This document shows positions 27,753-36,630 of a DNA stretch of 64,000 nucleotides, in pieces. Source of the DNA: a virus (lineage: Duplodnaviria; Caudoviricetes); IMG/VR virus record IMGVR_UViG_3300042139_000023, one strand, 5' to 3'. Below the pieces are notes generated by a model. The model ran no database searches and was not told where the DNA came from. It worked only from the letters and a program-made list of their open reading frames with translations. Both the position numbers and the translations under genes were made by a program. Position 1 is the first letter of the stretch, and every line of letters begins with the position of its first letter.

Positions 27753-28082
27753 GTGAAGCACGAGTTCGCCATCGACTACGCCGGGCTCACCCCGCAGCAG
27801 AAGATCCTGATCCTGGAGGAGATGGGCTTCAAGGAGATCCCGCCTCCCGAGCATGGCACGAACTGTCTGTCCCGGCAGGGCAGCGGCATGCGGTGCGACT
27901 GCCTTCAGGGTGTGACGACCTGGGGAGCGCCGCTCGACGTGAAGAAGTACCTGGGCGAGACGCACGAGGAGCGCGCGGAGTTCGCTGCCCGGCGCCAGAT
28001 GTACCTGAACGACGGCGAGGGTGAGAACCCCGGACCGTGGTGGGCCCACCTGGAGAAGAACGCCCCCCGCAACCGGCACTGA
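27753..28082 (+). CDS. hypothetical protein
   Basis: ORF track. Confidence 0.65.
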   Translation: MKHEFAIDYAGLTPQQKILILEEMGFKEIPPPEHGTNCLSRQGSGMRCDCLQGVTTWGAPLDVKKYLGETHEERAEFAARRQMYLNDGEGENPGPWWAHLEKNAPRNRH

Positions 28083-28092
28083 GGGAGTAGCC

Positions 28093-28431
28093 GTGACCGA
28101 CATCCGGGACATCTACACAGGCCGCCCGATCCGGAACGACCTTCTGGACAACGGCCATGCGCCGAAGTGCACCTGGGCTCCCGAGCAGGGAACGCTGTTC
28201 CCCAAGGGGATGCTCCCCAGCGGCTGGCCGGGTGACCGGCAGGGGCACGAGGCGGCACACGCCCTGTCGGCCCTGCTCGGGTCCGAGGGTATCCGGACCG
28301 ACATCGTGTTCTACCCGAACGGGCAGGTCGACCTGTACTGCCCCGGCGGGAAGCTGGAACTGTCCATGGGTGAGGCCATGAAGCTGGCCCGCCTGCTGGA
28401 CAGGGAGAAGCCGGACCGGCGTCCGGCCTGA
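28093..28431 (+). CDS. hypothetical protein
   Basis: GTG after GGGAG. Confidence 0.65.
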   Translation: MTDIRDIYTGRPIRNDLLDNGHAPKCTWAPEQGTLFPKGMLPSGWPGDRQGHEAAHALSALLGSEGIRTDIVFYPNGQVDLYCPGGKLELSMGEAMKLARLLDREKPDRRPA

Positions 28432-28446
28432 CGGAGAGGGAGAAGC

Positions 28447-28749
28447 ATGGCGAAGATCGACGTGAACGAGGTCCAGGGCCTGTTCCGGGTCGGCCTGGCG
28501 GCCGACCAGAAGGGCAACGAGGTCTACGTGCTGGAGATCCTGGGGATCCCGGTTCTGTACGCCGACGCCCACGAGTTCGAGGCTGGACACCAGGACGCCG
28601 AGGACTGGCAGGAGACCTTCGAGACGCGGCTGGCCCGGATGCTGGCCAAGGTGCTGACGGAGGGCTACGACCACGACTTCGTGAAGTGGCGCACCGAGTC
28701 CCCGACCGGCCGCGAGGTGTACCGCCTCGGCCCGTTCGGAGGTGAGTGA
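28447..28749 (+). CDS. hypothetical protein
   Basis: ORF with RBS. Confidence 0.7.
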   Translation: MAKIDVNEVQGLFRVGLAADQKGNEVYVLEILGIPVLYADAHEFEAGHQDAEDWQETFETRLARMLAKVLTEGYDHDFVKWRTESPTGREVYRLGPFGGE

Positions 28750-29021
28750 TGGACGCCATCCGGGTCGGGAAGACCGAGGAGTCCGGCCAGCCTCTGATCG
28801 TCGTCGAACTGTTCGGCGTTCCGCTGGCCAGCTCGACTCACAAGGTCGCCGAGTACGACGCGGATCCGGAAGGGTTCACGAAGTGGTGGCGGGAGTACTT
28901 CGCCCGTCAGATCGTCAGCATGCTGGCGGAGGAACTGCACCAGGAGCGGCGGGTCACCGGCTGGCTGATGGCCACCCGGCTGTCACCGGTACCTCCGGGT
29001 CTGCCGGTGGAGGAGGCGTGA
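28746..29021 (+). CDS. hypothetical protein
   Basis: ORF track. Confidence 0.65.
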   Translation: MMDAIRVGKTEESGQPLIVVELFGVPLASSTHKVAEYDADPEGFTKWWREYFARQIVSMLAEELHQERRVTGWLMATRLSPVPPGLPVEEA

Positions 29022-29299
29022 ACTCCGGACTGTTCGAAGCGGGGGTCGTCGAGCTGCCGAACGGCGGGCGCATCACCGTCGTGGAGTTCATGGGGCAGCC
29101 GATCGCCGAGGGCCCGGCCGAGGCACTGGACGGCGAGGGGGCGGTCGAGGAGATCCAGGAAGCCTTCTGCGCCGCTCTCGTCGCCACCCTGTCCCTGGTG
29201 ATGGGGAGCCAGGAGTTCGGCCGGTACGCGCCCAGGGAGTGGACGTACTGGCATCCGATGGCCCCGCCCCTGGCGAGGCTTCCGAAGGGAGAAGAGTGA
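29018..29299 (+). CDS. hypothetical protein
   Basis: GTGA overlap. Confidence 0.6.
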   Translation: MNSGLFEAGVVELPNGGRITVVEFMGQPIAEGPAEALDGEGAVEEIQEAFCAALVATLSLVMGSQEFGRYAPREWTYWHPMAPPLARLPKGEE

Positions 29300-29547
29300 T
29301 GAAGGGCATGGACGGGCTGATCGTCACGGCGGTCAACCGGATGCACGAGGACGAGCTGGAGATGCGGCGCCGCTGGGCCGAGCGCATCCGGGAGGAGTTC
29401 GGGAAGTACCACGAGCACTCCGGCGGCGGTGAGTGCGGCGCCTGCGGGGCGATCCAGGGGGCGAACTGGATGGACCCGGACTACGTCAAGGACGGCCCGG
29501 TCGCGGAGCCGTTCGGGACCTGGAAGGACCGCCAGCCCCAGGTGTGA
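29299..29547 (+). CDS. hypothetical protein
   Basis: TGATG coupling. Confidence 0.65.
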   Translation: MKGMDGLIVTAVNRMHEDELEMRRRWAERIREEFGKYHEHSGGGECGACGAIQGANWMDPDYVKDGPVAEPFGTWKDRQPQV

Positions 29548-29617
29548 CTGACCCGAGGCCGAAACGCCGCACCCAGCGGCGTCGCGCAGTGAGACTGCGC
29601 CTGACGATGGCCGTCAG
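29548..29617 (+). ncRNA. type II hammerhead ribozyme, variant with extra U between A9 and G10.1
   Basis: CTGAC-ccga-GGCC-GAAA-CGCCGC loop GCGGCG-TC (GTC site 29581-29583)-GCGCAG loop CTGCGC-CTGACGA-T-GGCC-GTCAG. Confidence 0.85.
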
Positions 29618-29635
29618 TGGAGGGAGGGGAGAGTA

Positions 29636-29842
29636 GTGAGGAAGCGGGATTCGACGGCCGACGAGGTCTACGACTGGGCGGTGAAGCAGAAGCTGCCCGC
29701 GCCGGACGCATTCGCCATGCGGTACTGGGATCTCGCCGGGGCGACGGTCAGGCTGGGTCTGGCTGCCAGGCTCTGGCGACGGCAGGTCAGGAACGGCACC
29801 ACGGGATTCCCACTGGTGGACGGGGATCGAACGGACGCGTAA
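29636..29842 (+). CDS. hypothetical protein downstream of hammerhead 2
   Basis: GTG after GGAGGGAGGGGGAG. Confidence 0.6.
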   Translation: MRKRDSTADEVYDWAVKQKLPAPDAFAMRYWDLAGATVRLGLAARLWRRQVRNGTTGFPLVDGDRTDA

Positions 29843-29890
29843 GCAGTCCGGAAGACAGGCGAAGCGGTTCGGAAGGGATGAGGAAGAGGC

Positions 29891-30367
29891 ATGGAATTCG
29901 TGGAACCGAAGCGCGGTGACCGGATCGCCAGCGGCGGCCGGATCACGACGATCGACAGCTTCAGCGAGGACGACGGGACGTTCCTGCGCAGCGGGCAGTG
30001 GGTCGACATCTCGGACTTCGAGAAGAACGAGGACGGAGTGTGGGTTCGCACCCATTCGCCCCGTACGTACGAGATCGGTGAGCCGTACAAAGTCAGCTCC
30101 CTGCGCAAGGGTGTCGCCGTCGTCCGGCCCGCCGTATTCGCCGGAGGAGTGAGCGGCAAGGACAAGGTGGTCACCACCTCGCCGTGCTGCCAGCTCTACA
30201 TGCGGCGCCTGGACTTCGGCGACCTCACGTCCGACCTGGCGGCCCGGCAGGGGGGCTGGTCGGAGCAGTGCAACTCCTGCAAGGCGTACTACAAGGTCAT
30301 GCTCATGTTCACCGGCAGCCCCCGGCTCGGCCTGTACGGCGTGCGCTGGGAATCCCTGGGGTTCTGA
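29891..30367 (+). CDS. hypothetical protein
   Basis: ORF with RBS. Confidence 0.7.
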   Translation: MEFVEPKRGDRIASGGRITTIDSFSEDDGTFLRSGQWVDISDFEKNEDGVWVRTHSPRTYEIGEPYKVSSLRKGVAVVRPAVFAGGVSGKDKVVTTSPCCQLYMRRLDFGDLTSDLAARQGGWSEQCNSCKAYYKVMLMFTGSPRLGLYGVRWESLGF

Positions 30368-30370
30368 ACC

Positions 30371-30856
30371 ATGGCAAACATGAACAACGTCACGGACTCC
30401 ACGCGCATCCGGGAAGCGGAGCGTCTGGGTGAAAAGCTCCTCCCCGACATGTCGTTCGAGGATCGCCTGAAGGTAGCCGAGGTCGCCCTGTCGAACTACG
30501 GGCGCGTGGCCCAGACCTACCCGGTGGATCACGAGCGGGTGCGTACGGACATCTCGCGCGAGCTGCGAATGCTGGCCAACGGTGGCGAGCGATGGGCGGG
30601 CCGGGCGCTGCTCGTCTACGTCTGCAAGGTCTGCTTCGACAGCCGGGCTGAAATGTACGAACCGGTCGGGCACCGTGCGGTGTGCGGGGTGACCAGTCTC
30701 CACGAGCCGATTCAGGGCCTGATGTACCACCGGGCCGCCCGGGTGCAGTACTACGGCGGGTCGTGGGATCTGAACGTGTACATCGCCGAGTGCGGCATCA
30801 CCAACCTGGTCAACGGCAGCAGGGGTTCGGTCCCCTGTCCCGAGTGCTTCCGATAG
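30371..30856 (+). CDS. hypothetical protein with Cys motifs
   Basis: ORF track. Confidence 0.7.
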   Translation: MANMNNVTDSTRIREAERLGEKLLPDMSFEDRLKVAEVALSNYGRVAQTYPVDHERVRTDISRELRMLANGGERWAGRALLVYVCKVCFDSRAEMYEPVGHRAVCGVTSLHEPIQGLMYHRAARVQYYGGSWDLNVYIAECGITNLVNGSRGSVPCPECFR

Positions 30857-30868
30857 GGGTGAATCGAC

Positions 30869-31402
30869 ATGAAGCCGACAGAACTGCAAGAAGCGGAGAT
30901 CTTCGACGTTGACGGCACGCTGTGCAACGTCACCAGCGTCCGCCACTACGTCACGCCGCCGAACCGGGACTTCCACTCCTTCCACATGGCTTCCGCCTTC
31001 TGCCCGCCGCACGAGGAGGTGGTCGAGCGGGTGCACGAGGCCAAGGCCAAGGGGCGAGCCGCCATCGTGGTGACCGCCCGCATGGCCCGGTACCGGACCC
31101 TCACCCGGAAGTGGCTTCAGAGCTGCGGGATCCCGTTCGACAGCCTCTGGATGCGAGCGAACGACGACTTCCGCAAGGACGCGATCGTGAAGCGGGAGAT
31201 CCTGGCCAAGATCCGAGCCAACGGATTCGTCGTGATGAAGGCGCACGACGACAACCCGGCCGTGATCGAGGTGTGGGAAGACGAGGGAATCGAGACCCAG
31301 ATCGTGCCCGGATGGGACGATCAGTTCACCGGCCTCCTGCTGCCGCAGGACGGCCTGACCGTGGTCCGTGAGACGGGCCACGCCGGAGAGGGGAAGCAGT
31401 GA
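30869..31402 (+). CDS. polynucleotide kinase-type 3'-phosphatase (HAD), stand-alone domain
   Basis: FDVDGTL, IVVTAR, MRANDDFRKDAIVK, DDN motifs as in the T4 Pnk phosphatase domain. Confidence 0.85.
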   Translation: MKPTELQEAEIFDVDGTLCNVTSVRHYVTPPNRDFHSFHMASAFCPPHEEVVERVHEAKAKGRAAIVVTARMARYRTLTRKWLQSCGIPFDSLWMRANDDFRKDAIVKREILAKIRANGFVVMKAHDDNPAVIEVWEDEGIETQIVPGWDDQFTGLLLPQDGLTVVRETGHAGEGKQ

Positions 31403-31671
31403 GTATCAGGATCAAGCCGCTCGGGAAGCGGCCCGACTACTTCGACGGCGAGTACGAGGCGACCGAGATCCGCCACGAGCCCACCGGGTGGGACACCTGG
31501 CCGACGGGACCCGTCTTCCCGGAAGGGCACATCTTCCAGGACAAGGACGGCAACGTCTACGAGGTCGTCGTTCCGCGCACCGTGCAGGAGCAGCGCATGG
31601 GCGACCCCTCCAGCGTCCGGTACATCCACGTGTACACCTGCCGCCCGGCCGACCCGAGGGACGCCGCCTGA
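31399..31671 (+). CDS. hypothetical protein
   Basis: ORF track. Confidence 0.6.
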   Translation: MSIRIKPLGKRPDYFDGEYEATEIRHEPTGWDTWPTGPVFPEGHIFQDKDGNVYEVVVPRTVQEQRMGDPSSVRYIHVYTCRPADPRDAA

Positions 31672-32162
31672 TGCTCTCGATCAAAGACGTCCTGACCCTC
31701 ATGGCCGAGGGAAAGCCGCTTCCGCAGCAGCAGTTCCCGGAGATCACCCAGAAGCAGATCGACGACCTTCAGGAGTTCGAGCCTGTCCTGCTGAACCGGC
31801 TGATCGAGTCGGAGGAGGGTGGCGAGGAGTCCGTCGACACCGTCCTGGCGGAGCTTCAGGAGAAGGTGGGTCAGCACGGCTGGTACCCGGTGGTCGCCGT
31901 GCTCTGCGTGGCGTTCTCCCGCCGGTACCACGAGGACATGGTCCCGGTGAACCTCCAGCTCTCCGACGACACGGTGGGCCTGCTGAAGATGCTCCCCATC
32001 GCGAGCCGGGCCGAGGGGCACGACGAGGGCGCCTGGACGATCCCATTCGCCATGCTCGTCAGCCTGGGCGAGGAGGACGCCCTGGCGTTCACCGTCGGCG
32101 CCGCCATGTGTGCGGCCGTCGGCTTCATCCAGTCCACCTTGGAAAAGGAGGCGCAGGCGTGA
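31671..32162 (+). CDS. hypothetical protein
   Basis: TGATG coupling. Confidence 0.65.
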   Translation: MLSIKDVLTLMAEGKPLPQQQFPEITQKQIDDLQEFEPVLLNRLIESEEGGEESVDTVLAELQEKVGQHGWYPVVAVLCVAFSRRYHEDMVPVNLQLSDDTVGLLKMLPIASRAEGHDEGAWTIPFAMLVSLGEEDALAFTVGAAMCAAVGFIQSTLEKEAQA

Positions 32163-32587
32163 GCGCCGACGGGGACACCTACCTCTGCCCGACCTGCGGC
32201 AAGCCGTTCGACAAGACGGATCGGCTCTTCGACTTCGCCATCGCGGCGCACGAGAAGGACCACACGCCGCAGCGCAACAACCCGGCGAACATGATCCGCT
32301 GGAACGAAGACGGCCTGATGTGGTGCTGCGTCCTGTGCGGCGCTCCGATCCACATCGGCGAGTACACGGCTCGGCAGATGATCATCGGTCACTGCCGGGT
32401 GGTGCACGACTCGGTGACCGCAGGCTCCTCTTCCGCCCCTGTTACGGCCAGGGGCGGCCGGGGATCCAGCAGGTCGCGCGGGTTCGGTGAGGCGGTCGGC
32501 GACATCGTCGAGGATGCCGCCGAGGGGATCGGCAAGGTCTTCAAGGCCATCGGCAACGCCATCGGCGACGCAAACCCCTTCGACTAA
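32159..32587 (+). CDS. hypothetical protein with C2H2-like fingers
   Basis: CPTCGK..H; CVLCG..H. Confidence 0.6.
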   Translation: MSADGDTYLCPTCGKPFDKTDRLFDFAIAAHEKDHTPQRNNPANMIRWNEDGLMWCCVLCGAPIHIGEYTARQMIIGHCRVVHDSVTAGSSSAPVTARGGRGSSRSRGFGEAVGDIVEDAAEGIGKVFKAIGNAIGDANPFD

Positions 32588-32687
32588 CCGAGGGACATCC
32601 CAATGGCGGCCGTCTCGACGATCGTCTTGACGGCCGCCACCCCCATCGTGTTCTATGTAGTCACGCACCCGGAAAGGTGAGGAAAAA

Positions 32688-33800
32688 GTGGCACGAGAAG
32701 AGAACCTTTCGACCATCGAGAGGATGCTGGGATTCGAGTTCGTCTCGGACCCCCGCAAGGCCCGGTTCCCGATCCCGGAGACCCCGAAGGAGTACCTGGA
32801 GAAGAACCCCGAGCGTCCGTACCCGCACCCCTCCATGAAGATCACCCCGGAGATGGCACGCGACGTGCTGAAGTACCGGGTGATCCGTGTCGAGCGGATG
32901 CCGCGCGAACTGCGCCACCCCGAGGTCACGGCCAACCGCCGCTTCCTCATCACGACGCTCAACGGCACGAAGAAGAGCAAGGGCCTGGTCTCCATCGTCG
33001 CCGACGGCGGCTGGGACGACCGGATCTCCACCTCCGTCGTCTTCACGGAGGACGGCTTCCTGCTCGACGGCCAGCACCGCTTCGCCGCGTGCGCCCTGTC
33101 GGGCAAGACGATCGAGGTCCCCGTCACCACCAACGGTCAGTGGGGCACGTTCTCCGTGCTCGACACCGGCCGTGGCCGCAACGCCGGTCAGCTCCTCGGT
33201 GACATCCCCTACCCGGACCAGTCGGCCGCCGCCGCCAAGCTCATCCTCCCGGTCATCCGGGGCACCGAGCGCACCGAGTGGGCCGTCACCGACGCCAGCA
33301 ACCAAGAGATCTACGAACTGGTCCACGGCTGGCCCTTCTTCCACGAGACGTGGGAGGGCTCCGGCTCCTGGATGAAGCACGTGCTCCAGGCGGCGGCCAG
33401 CCGGATCCCGCCGAGCGCACTGGCGGCTTCCGTCATGATGGCGCTGGCGGCCGGTGCCAACGCCTCGCACGTCCAGGAGTTCCTGAACGGACTGAAGCCG
33501 GGCTACCGCGACGGCTTCCCCCGGATCGGCCCCAAGGGTGAGGACCCGCGTCACCTGCTGCGCCGTCAGTACATGAACAAGGGCAACCGGAAGCCCACCG
33601 ACAAGGACCGCCGCGACCAGGTCAGCCACGTCCGCAAGGCGATGGACGTCTGGCTGGAGTGGAGGGCCCACGAGGAGGGTGACCCGAAGGCGAAGGTCAT
33701 CGAGCTGCTGAAGCTCCAGGCCGCCGCCGAGAACGCCGACCTGCCCGAGGTCTGGCACGCCGATCGAGTCCGCAAGTTCCACAGCGAGAGGGTTTCCTGA
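32688..33800 (+). CDS. ParB/Srx-fold DGQHR domain protein
   Basis: GFLLDGQHRFAA and LDTGRGR motifs. Confidence 0.7.
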   Translation: MAREENLSTIERMLGFEFVSDPRKARFPIPETPKEYLEKNPERPYPHPSMKITPEMARDVLKYRVIRVERMPRELRHPEVTANRRFLITTLNGTKKSKGLVSIVADGGWDDRISTSVVFTEDGFLLDGQHRFAACALSGKTIEVPVTTNGQWGTFSVLDTGRGRNAGQLLGDIPYPDQSAAAAKLILPVIRGTERTEWAVTDASNQEIYELVHGWPFFHETWEGSGSWMKHVLQAAASRIPPSALAASVMMALAAGANASHVQEFLNGLKPGYRDGFPRIGPKGEDPRHLLRRQYMNKGNRKPTDKDRRDQVSHVRKAMDVWLEWRAHEEGDPKAKVIELLKLQAAAENADLPEVWHADRVRKFHSERVS

Positions 33801-33802
33801 AC

Positions 33803-34213
33803 ATGGCCGAGATCTGGCTGCGCCCCGAGTTCCAGGGGCGTGAGAAGGAGCTGGAGACCCGGGTCGACTTCGAACGGCGTACGGGCATCTCCGCCCAGTC
33901 CCTGTCCTCCAAGTTCTCCAACTACGCCGACCGGCTGCCGAAGCTGGTCAAGCGCAACGGCAAGCTGAAGTACTTCGTCGCCGTCGAACTCGACGAGTTC
34001 GTGGGCTGGATCGAGGCCAACGCGGGCACCCGCTCCGAGGCCGATGTCCGCCGCGCCGAGCTGGCCCGGGTTCAGAACGCGATCGAGGACACGATGGAGC
34101 GCGTCGCCGACCGGCAGCGCGACCTCGACAAGGCGAAGCGCGACCTGGCCAAGTACCAGCGCCAGGCGAAGACCCTGAAGTCCGACATCGAGTTCCTGGA
34201 CCAGGTCGAGTAA
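33803..34213 (+). CDS. putative DNA-binding protein (HTH-like N-terminus plus coiled coil)
   Basis: DFERRTGISAQSLS; heptad-rich C-terminus. Confidence 0.5.
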   Translation: MAEIWLRPEFQGREKELETRVDFERRTGISAQSLSSKFSNYADRLPKLVKRNGKLKYFVAVELDEFVGWIEANAGTRSEADVRRAELARVQNAIEDTMERVADRQRDLDKAKRDLAKYQRQAKTLKSDIEFLDQVE

Positions 34214-34224
34214 CACCGCAGAAT

Positions 34225-34283
34225 CCAGCCGCTTTTCGGTGGCTGGCGAACAGCGAGAGAGGGCCCTTCGGGGCCCTCTTTTC
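34225..34283 (+). terminator. tandem hairpins, the second with UUCG loop and T-tract
   Basis: CCAGCCG..TGGCTGG; AGAGGGCCC-TTCG-GGGCCCTCTTTT. Confidence 0.7.
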
Positions 34284-34317
34284 GTGGTACCGTATTGCTC
34301 AAGGGAAGGAGAATACC

Positions 34318-34518
34318 GTGGAGTTCACGGTCGAGGTATTCGACTACGGACGGTACGGCTGCACGGTGAAGGAGCCCCGCACGGGGCTCTCTGGTGAGGG
34401 TGACACCAAGGAAGAAGCGATGGACGATCTCCGGAGGAAACTCTGGAGCCACATCGAGTACGACTTCGTCCCGCCCGAAGAGGGTCCGACCCGCAGCATC
34501 GAGAAGATCACCATCTGA
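34318..34518 (+). CDS. HicB-like small protein
   Basis: GLSGEGDTKEEAMDDL matches the HicB N-terminal GxTxEEA pattern. Confidence 0.55.
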   Translation: MEFTVEVFDYGRYGCTVKEPRTGLSGEGDTKEEAMDDLRRKLWSHIEYDFVPPEEGPTRSIEKITI

Positions 34519-34529
34519 AGGAGACCGTC

Positions 34530-34817
34530 GTGTACACCCTGGTCAGGCACAACCTCTGGACGTTCGAATGCTTCCCCCGCTTCCGGCGGGGGCTGGAGCC
34601 GCTGTTCGTCAGCCCGCTGACGGCGCGGCGCGTGCGCGAGGAGGGCGGAGTCCTCTTCGACACCTCGGAGGAGGCGTGGGACGCAGCCGAGGGGTTCATG
34701 TACCCGGCCGGGGACATGACGGTTCCGGCGAATCCGGTCGGATCTTTCAAGGACATCTTCTTCCTGCGCCAGCCGCTTTTCGTTCCAGAGTTTTCCGGCG
34801 ATCTCATCGCGGCATAG
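34530..34817 (+). CDS. hypothetical protein
   Basis: ORF track. Confidence 0.6.
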   Translation: MYTLVRHNLWTFECFPRFRRGLEPLFVSPLTARRVREEGGVLFDTSEEAWDAAEGFMYPAGDMTVPANPVGSFKDIFFLRQPLFVPEFSGDLIAA

Positions 34818-34869
34818 GCTGGGTGCAGGTGCAGGTCAACGCGGGTAACATCCTGCACTGTTTCCGGCA

Positions 34870-35358
34870 GTGAAGGAGTTGAGCAAAATGGCACGCGTTC
34901 ACGGTGTATATCTGAGGAAGCCTCCGAAGGGCCCCTCGTCCTACACCTCGAAGGAAGCGGCACTGGCCGCTTCGCCCACGCTGGTCGTGCCGGATGCGGC
35001 CTTCCCGAAGAACAAGGTCGAGTCGGTCAGGAACGCGGCCTTCCGGGTGAACTCGGGAGGCCGTGGCGACTGGTCGCCGGGGCAGTTCTTCGCCATCTGG
35101 GACTACGCGCAGGATGTCGTCCTGCGGGTGCGCCGGGACGAGGACGGTGACGGACCTGTCGAGGTCATCGGCTTCGTCAAGGAGGGCGAGGTCATCGGGA
35201 GCACCGGGGAATCCGTCGGCTCCCTGGAGGCGGTCCTGAAGGAAGAGGACGTCGAGACCGGCGGATGGGTGTTGCTGATCGGCATCCACCCGAACGTGCC
35301 CGAGGGCTGGGAGGAAGTGGTGAGCGCCCCGGGCAGCCGGAAGCGCAAGAAGAGCTGA
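34870..35358 (+). CDS. hypothetical protein
   Basis: ORF track. Confidence 0.65.
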   Translation: MKELSKMARVHGVYLRKPPKGPSSYTSKEAALAASPTLVVPDAAFPKNKVESVRNAAFRVNSGGRGDWSPGQFFAIWDYAQDVVLRVRRDEDGDGPVEVIGFVKEGEVIGSTGESVGSLEAVLKEEDVETGGWVLLIGIHPNVPEGWEEVVSAPGSRKRKKS

Positions 35359-35400
35359 AGGGCGGGGCCGGACGGGGCCCCGCCATGGAGGGGAGACAGG

Positions 35401-35565
35401 GTGGAAACGCGTGTCGTGATCAGGGACAACCTGACCGAGAAGACGATCGAACTGATCGCCGACCTCACCCCGGAGGATGCCCGGGTGGTCAACGAGATCG
35501 GCGAACGGGTGGCGCAGGGCACCGGCTGGGATGTGACGGTCCTGGCAGTTGAGGCGGAGAAGTGA
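35401..35565 (+). CDS. small hypothetical protein (54 aa)
   Basis: GTG after GGAGGGGAG; GTGA overlap with next gene. Confidence 0.55.
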   Translation: METRVVIRDNLTEKTIELIADLTPEDARVVNEIGERVAQGTGWDVTVLAVEAEK

Positions 35566-36074
35566 ACCTCGATCCTCACGAGCTGGGCTGGCACGAGTTC
35601 TGGCTGAGGATCGGGGTGATCTTCTTCGTGCTGTCGCTCCTGATGCTTGCGGTGCTGATCGTGGGCCGGATCCTGCTGACGGCCTGCGACCTGGTCCGCT
35701 GGGTGAAGAAGAAGATTCACGGAGAGGAAGAAGAGATGTCGCCTGTGCGCATGCACCGCGCCCTGCTGAAGCTGGTCCCGGCCTCCCACCGGGGTCAGGC
35801 GGAGAAACTGCTGAAGGGCCTTCTCGCGGCCGATGAGAACGGTCGCGAGGTCTTCGTCGCCGAGTACGACGGCCAGCCCGCCAGCGTCCACGTGAGCGCC
35901 GAGGCTGCGATGGGCGCCTGCGCCCGGCACCTGTCGGCCGAGCCCGGTCCCGACATCCCCTGGGACTGGTTCGAGGACGAGTTCGGCTGGGTGATGCGCC
36001 GGATCGACCTCGACACCGACAAGCCGCTCAGCCTGCTGGCGGGCAAGGTCACCCGGACCGAGGTGAAGGCATGA
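35562..36074 (+). CDS. membrane-anchored hypothetical protein
   Basis: N-terminal hydrophobic helix. Confidence 0.65.
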   Translation: MNLDPHELGWHEFWLRIGVIFFVLSLLMLAVLIVGRILLTACDLVRWVKKKIHGEEEEMSPVRMHRALLKLVPASHRGQAEKLLKGLLAADENGREVFVAEYDGQPASVHVSAEAAMGACARHLSAEPGPDIPWDWFEDEFGWVMRRIDLDTDKPLSLLAGKVTRTEVKA

Positions 36075-36559
36075 GCCACCCGGATCCCGCTTTCCGCCAG
36101 ATCGCCGAAGCGGAGCGCAAGATCGTCAAGTACTTCAAGTATGAGGCGTTCGCAGGGGCCGAGAGACTTCCGGCCCCCCTGAAGGGAATCGACGGCGTCC
36201 CCTTCACCACGATTCAGGTCGAGTGCGACGAGCAGTTCTCGTTGCAGCACCGAATCAACGAACTGATCGTGCGCCGGGACGCCGACGGGAATCCGTTCTG
36301 CCTTCTGGTGGCCCGGAGCAAGGGGAAAGTGCCGGAATTCTGGGATGCATACCTGCCGCCCATGTGGGATCTGGACTACGGTCCCGAGCCAACTCCGGAG
36401 AACGAGGCGTGGACGTGGGTCCGCATGGATCTGCGGCTCGCCGTCATCCACCTGAGCAGCGCGATCCGCACCTGGGGATTCGCTCAGATGTACTCGCTGG
36501 TCACGGAGAAGCCGCCCACGCTGAGCGGCATACAGGCGTGGCTGGCGCGGCCGAGCTGA
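36071..36559 (+). CDS. hypothetical protein
   Basis: ATGA overlap. Confidence 0.65.
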   Translation: MSHPDPAFRQIAEAERKIVKYFKYEAFAGAERLPAPLKGIDGVPFTTIQVECDEQFSLQHRINELIVRRDADGNPFCLLVARSKGKVPEFWDAYLPPMWDLDYGPEPTPENEAWTWVRMDLRLAVIHLSSAIRTWGFAQMYSLVTEKPPTLSGIQAWLARPS

Positions 36560-36583
36560 CCGGCCGGATCCGCCGAGATACCT

Positions 36584-36613
36584 GAAGGGGCGCCCCGTGA
36601 GGGGCGCCCCTTC
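36584..36613. terminator. bidirectional terminator between convergent genes
   Basis: GAAGGGGCGCCCC-GTGA-GGGGCGCCCCTTC. Confidence 0.75.
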
Positions 36614-36630
36614 TTGCGTTGTGGCCCTGC

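Noticed and set aside
32604-32660. Promoter TTGACG near the hairpin upstream of the DGQHR gene
   Set aside because: No good TAnnnT hexamer at 16-18 nt, so it is not called as a feature
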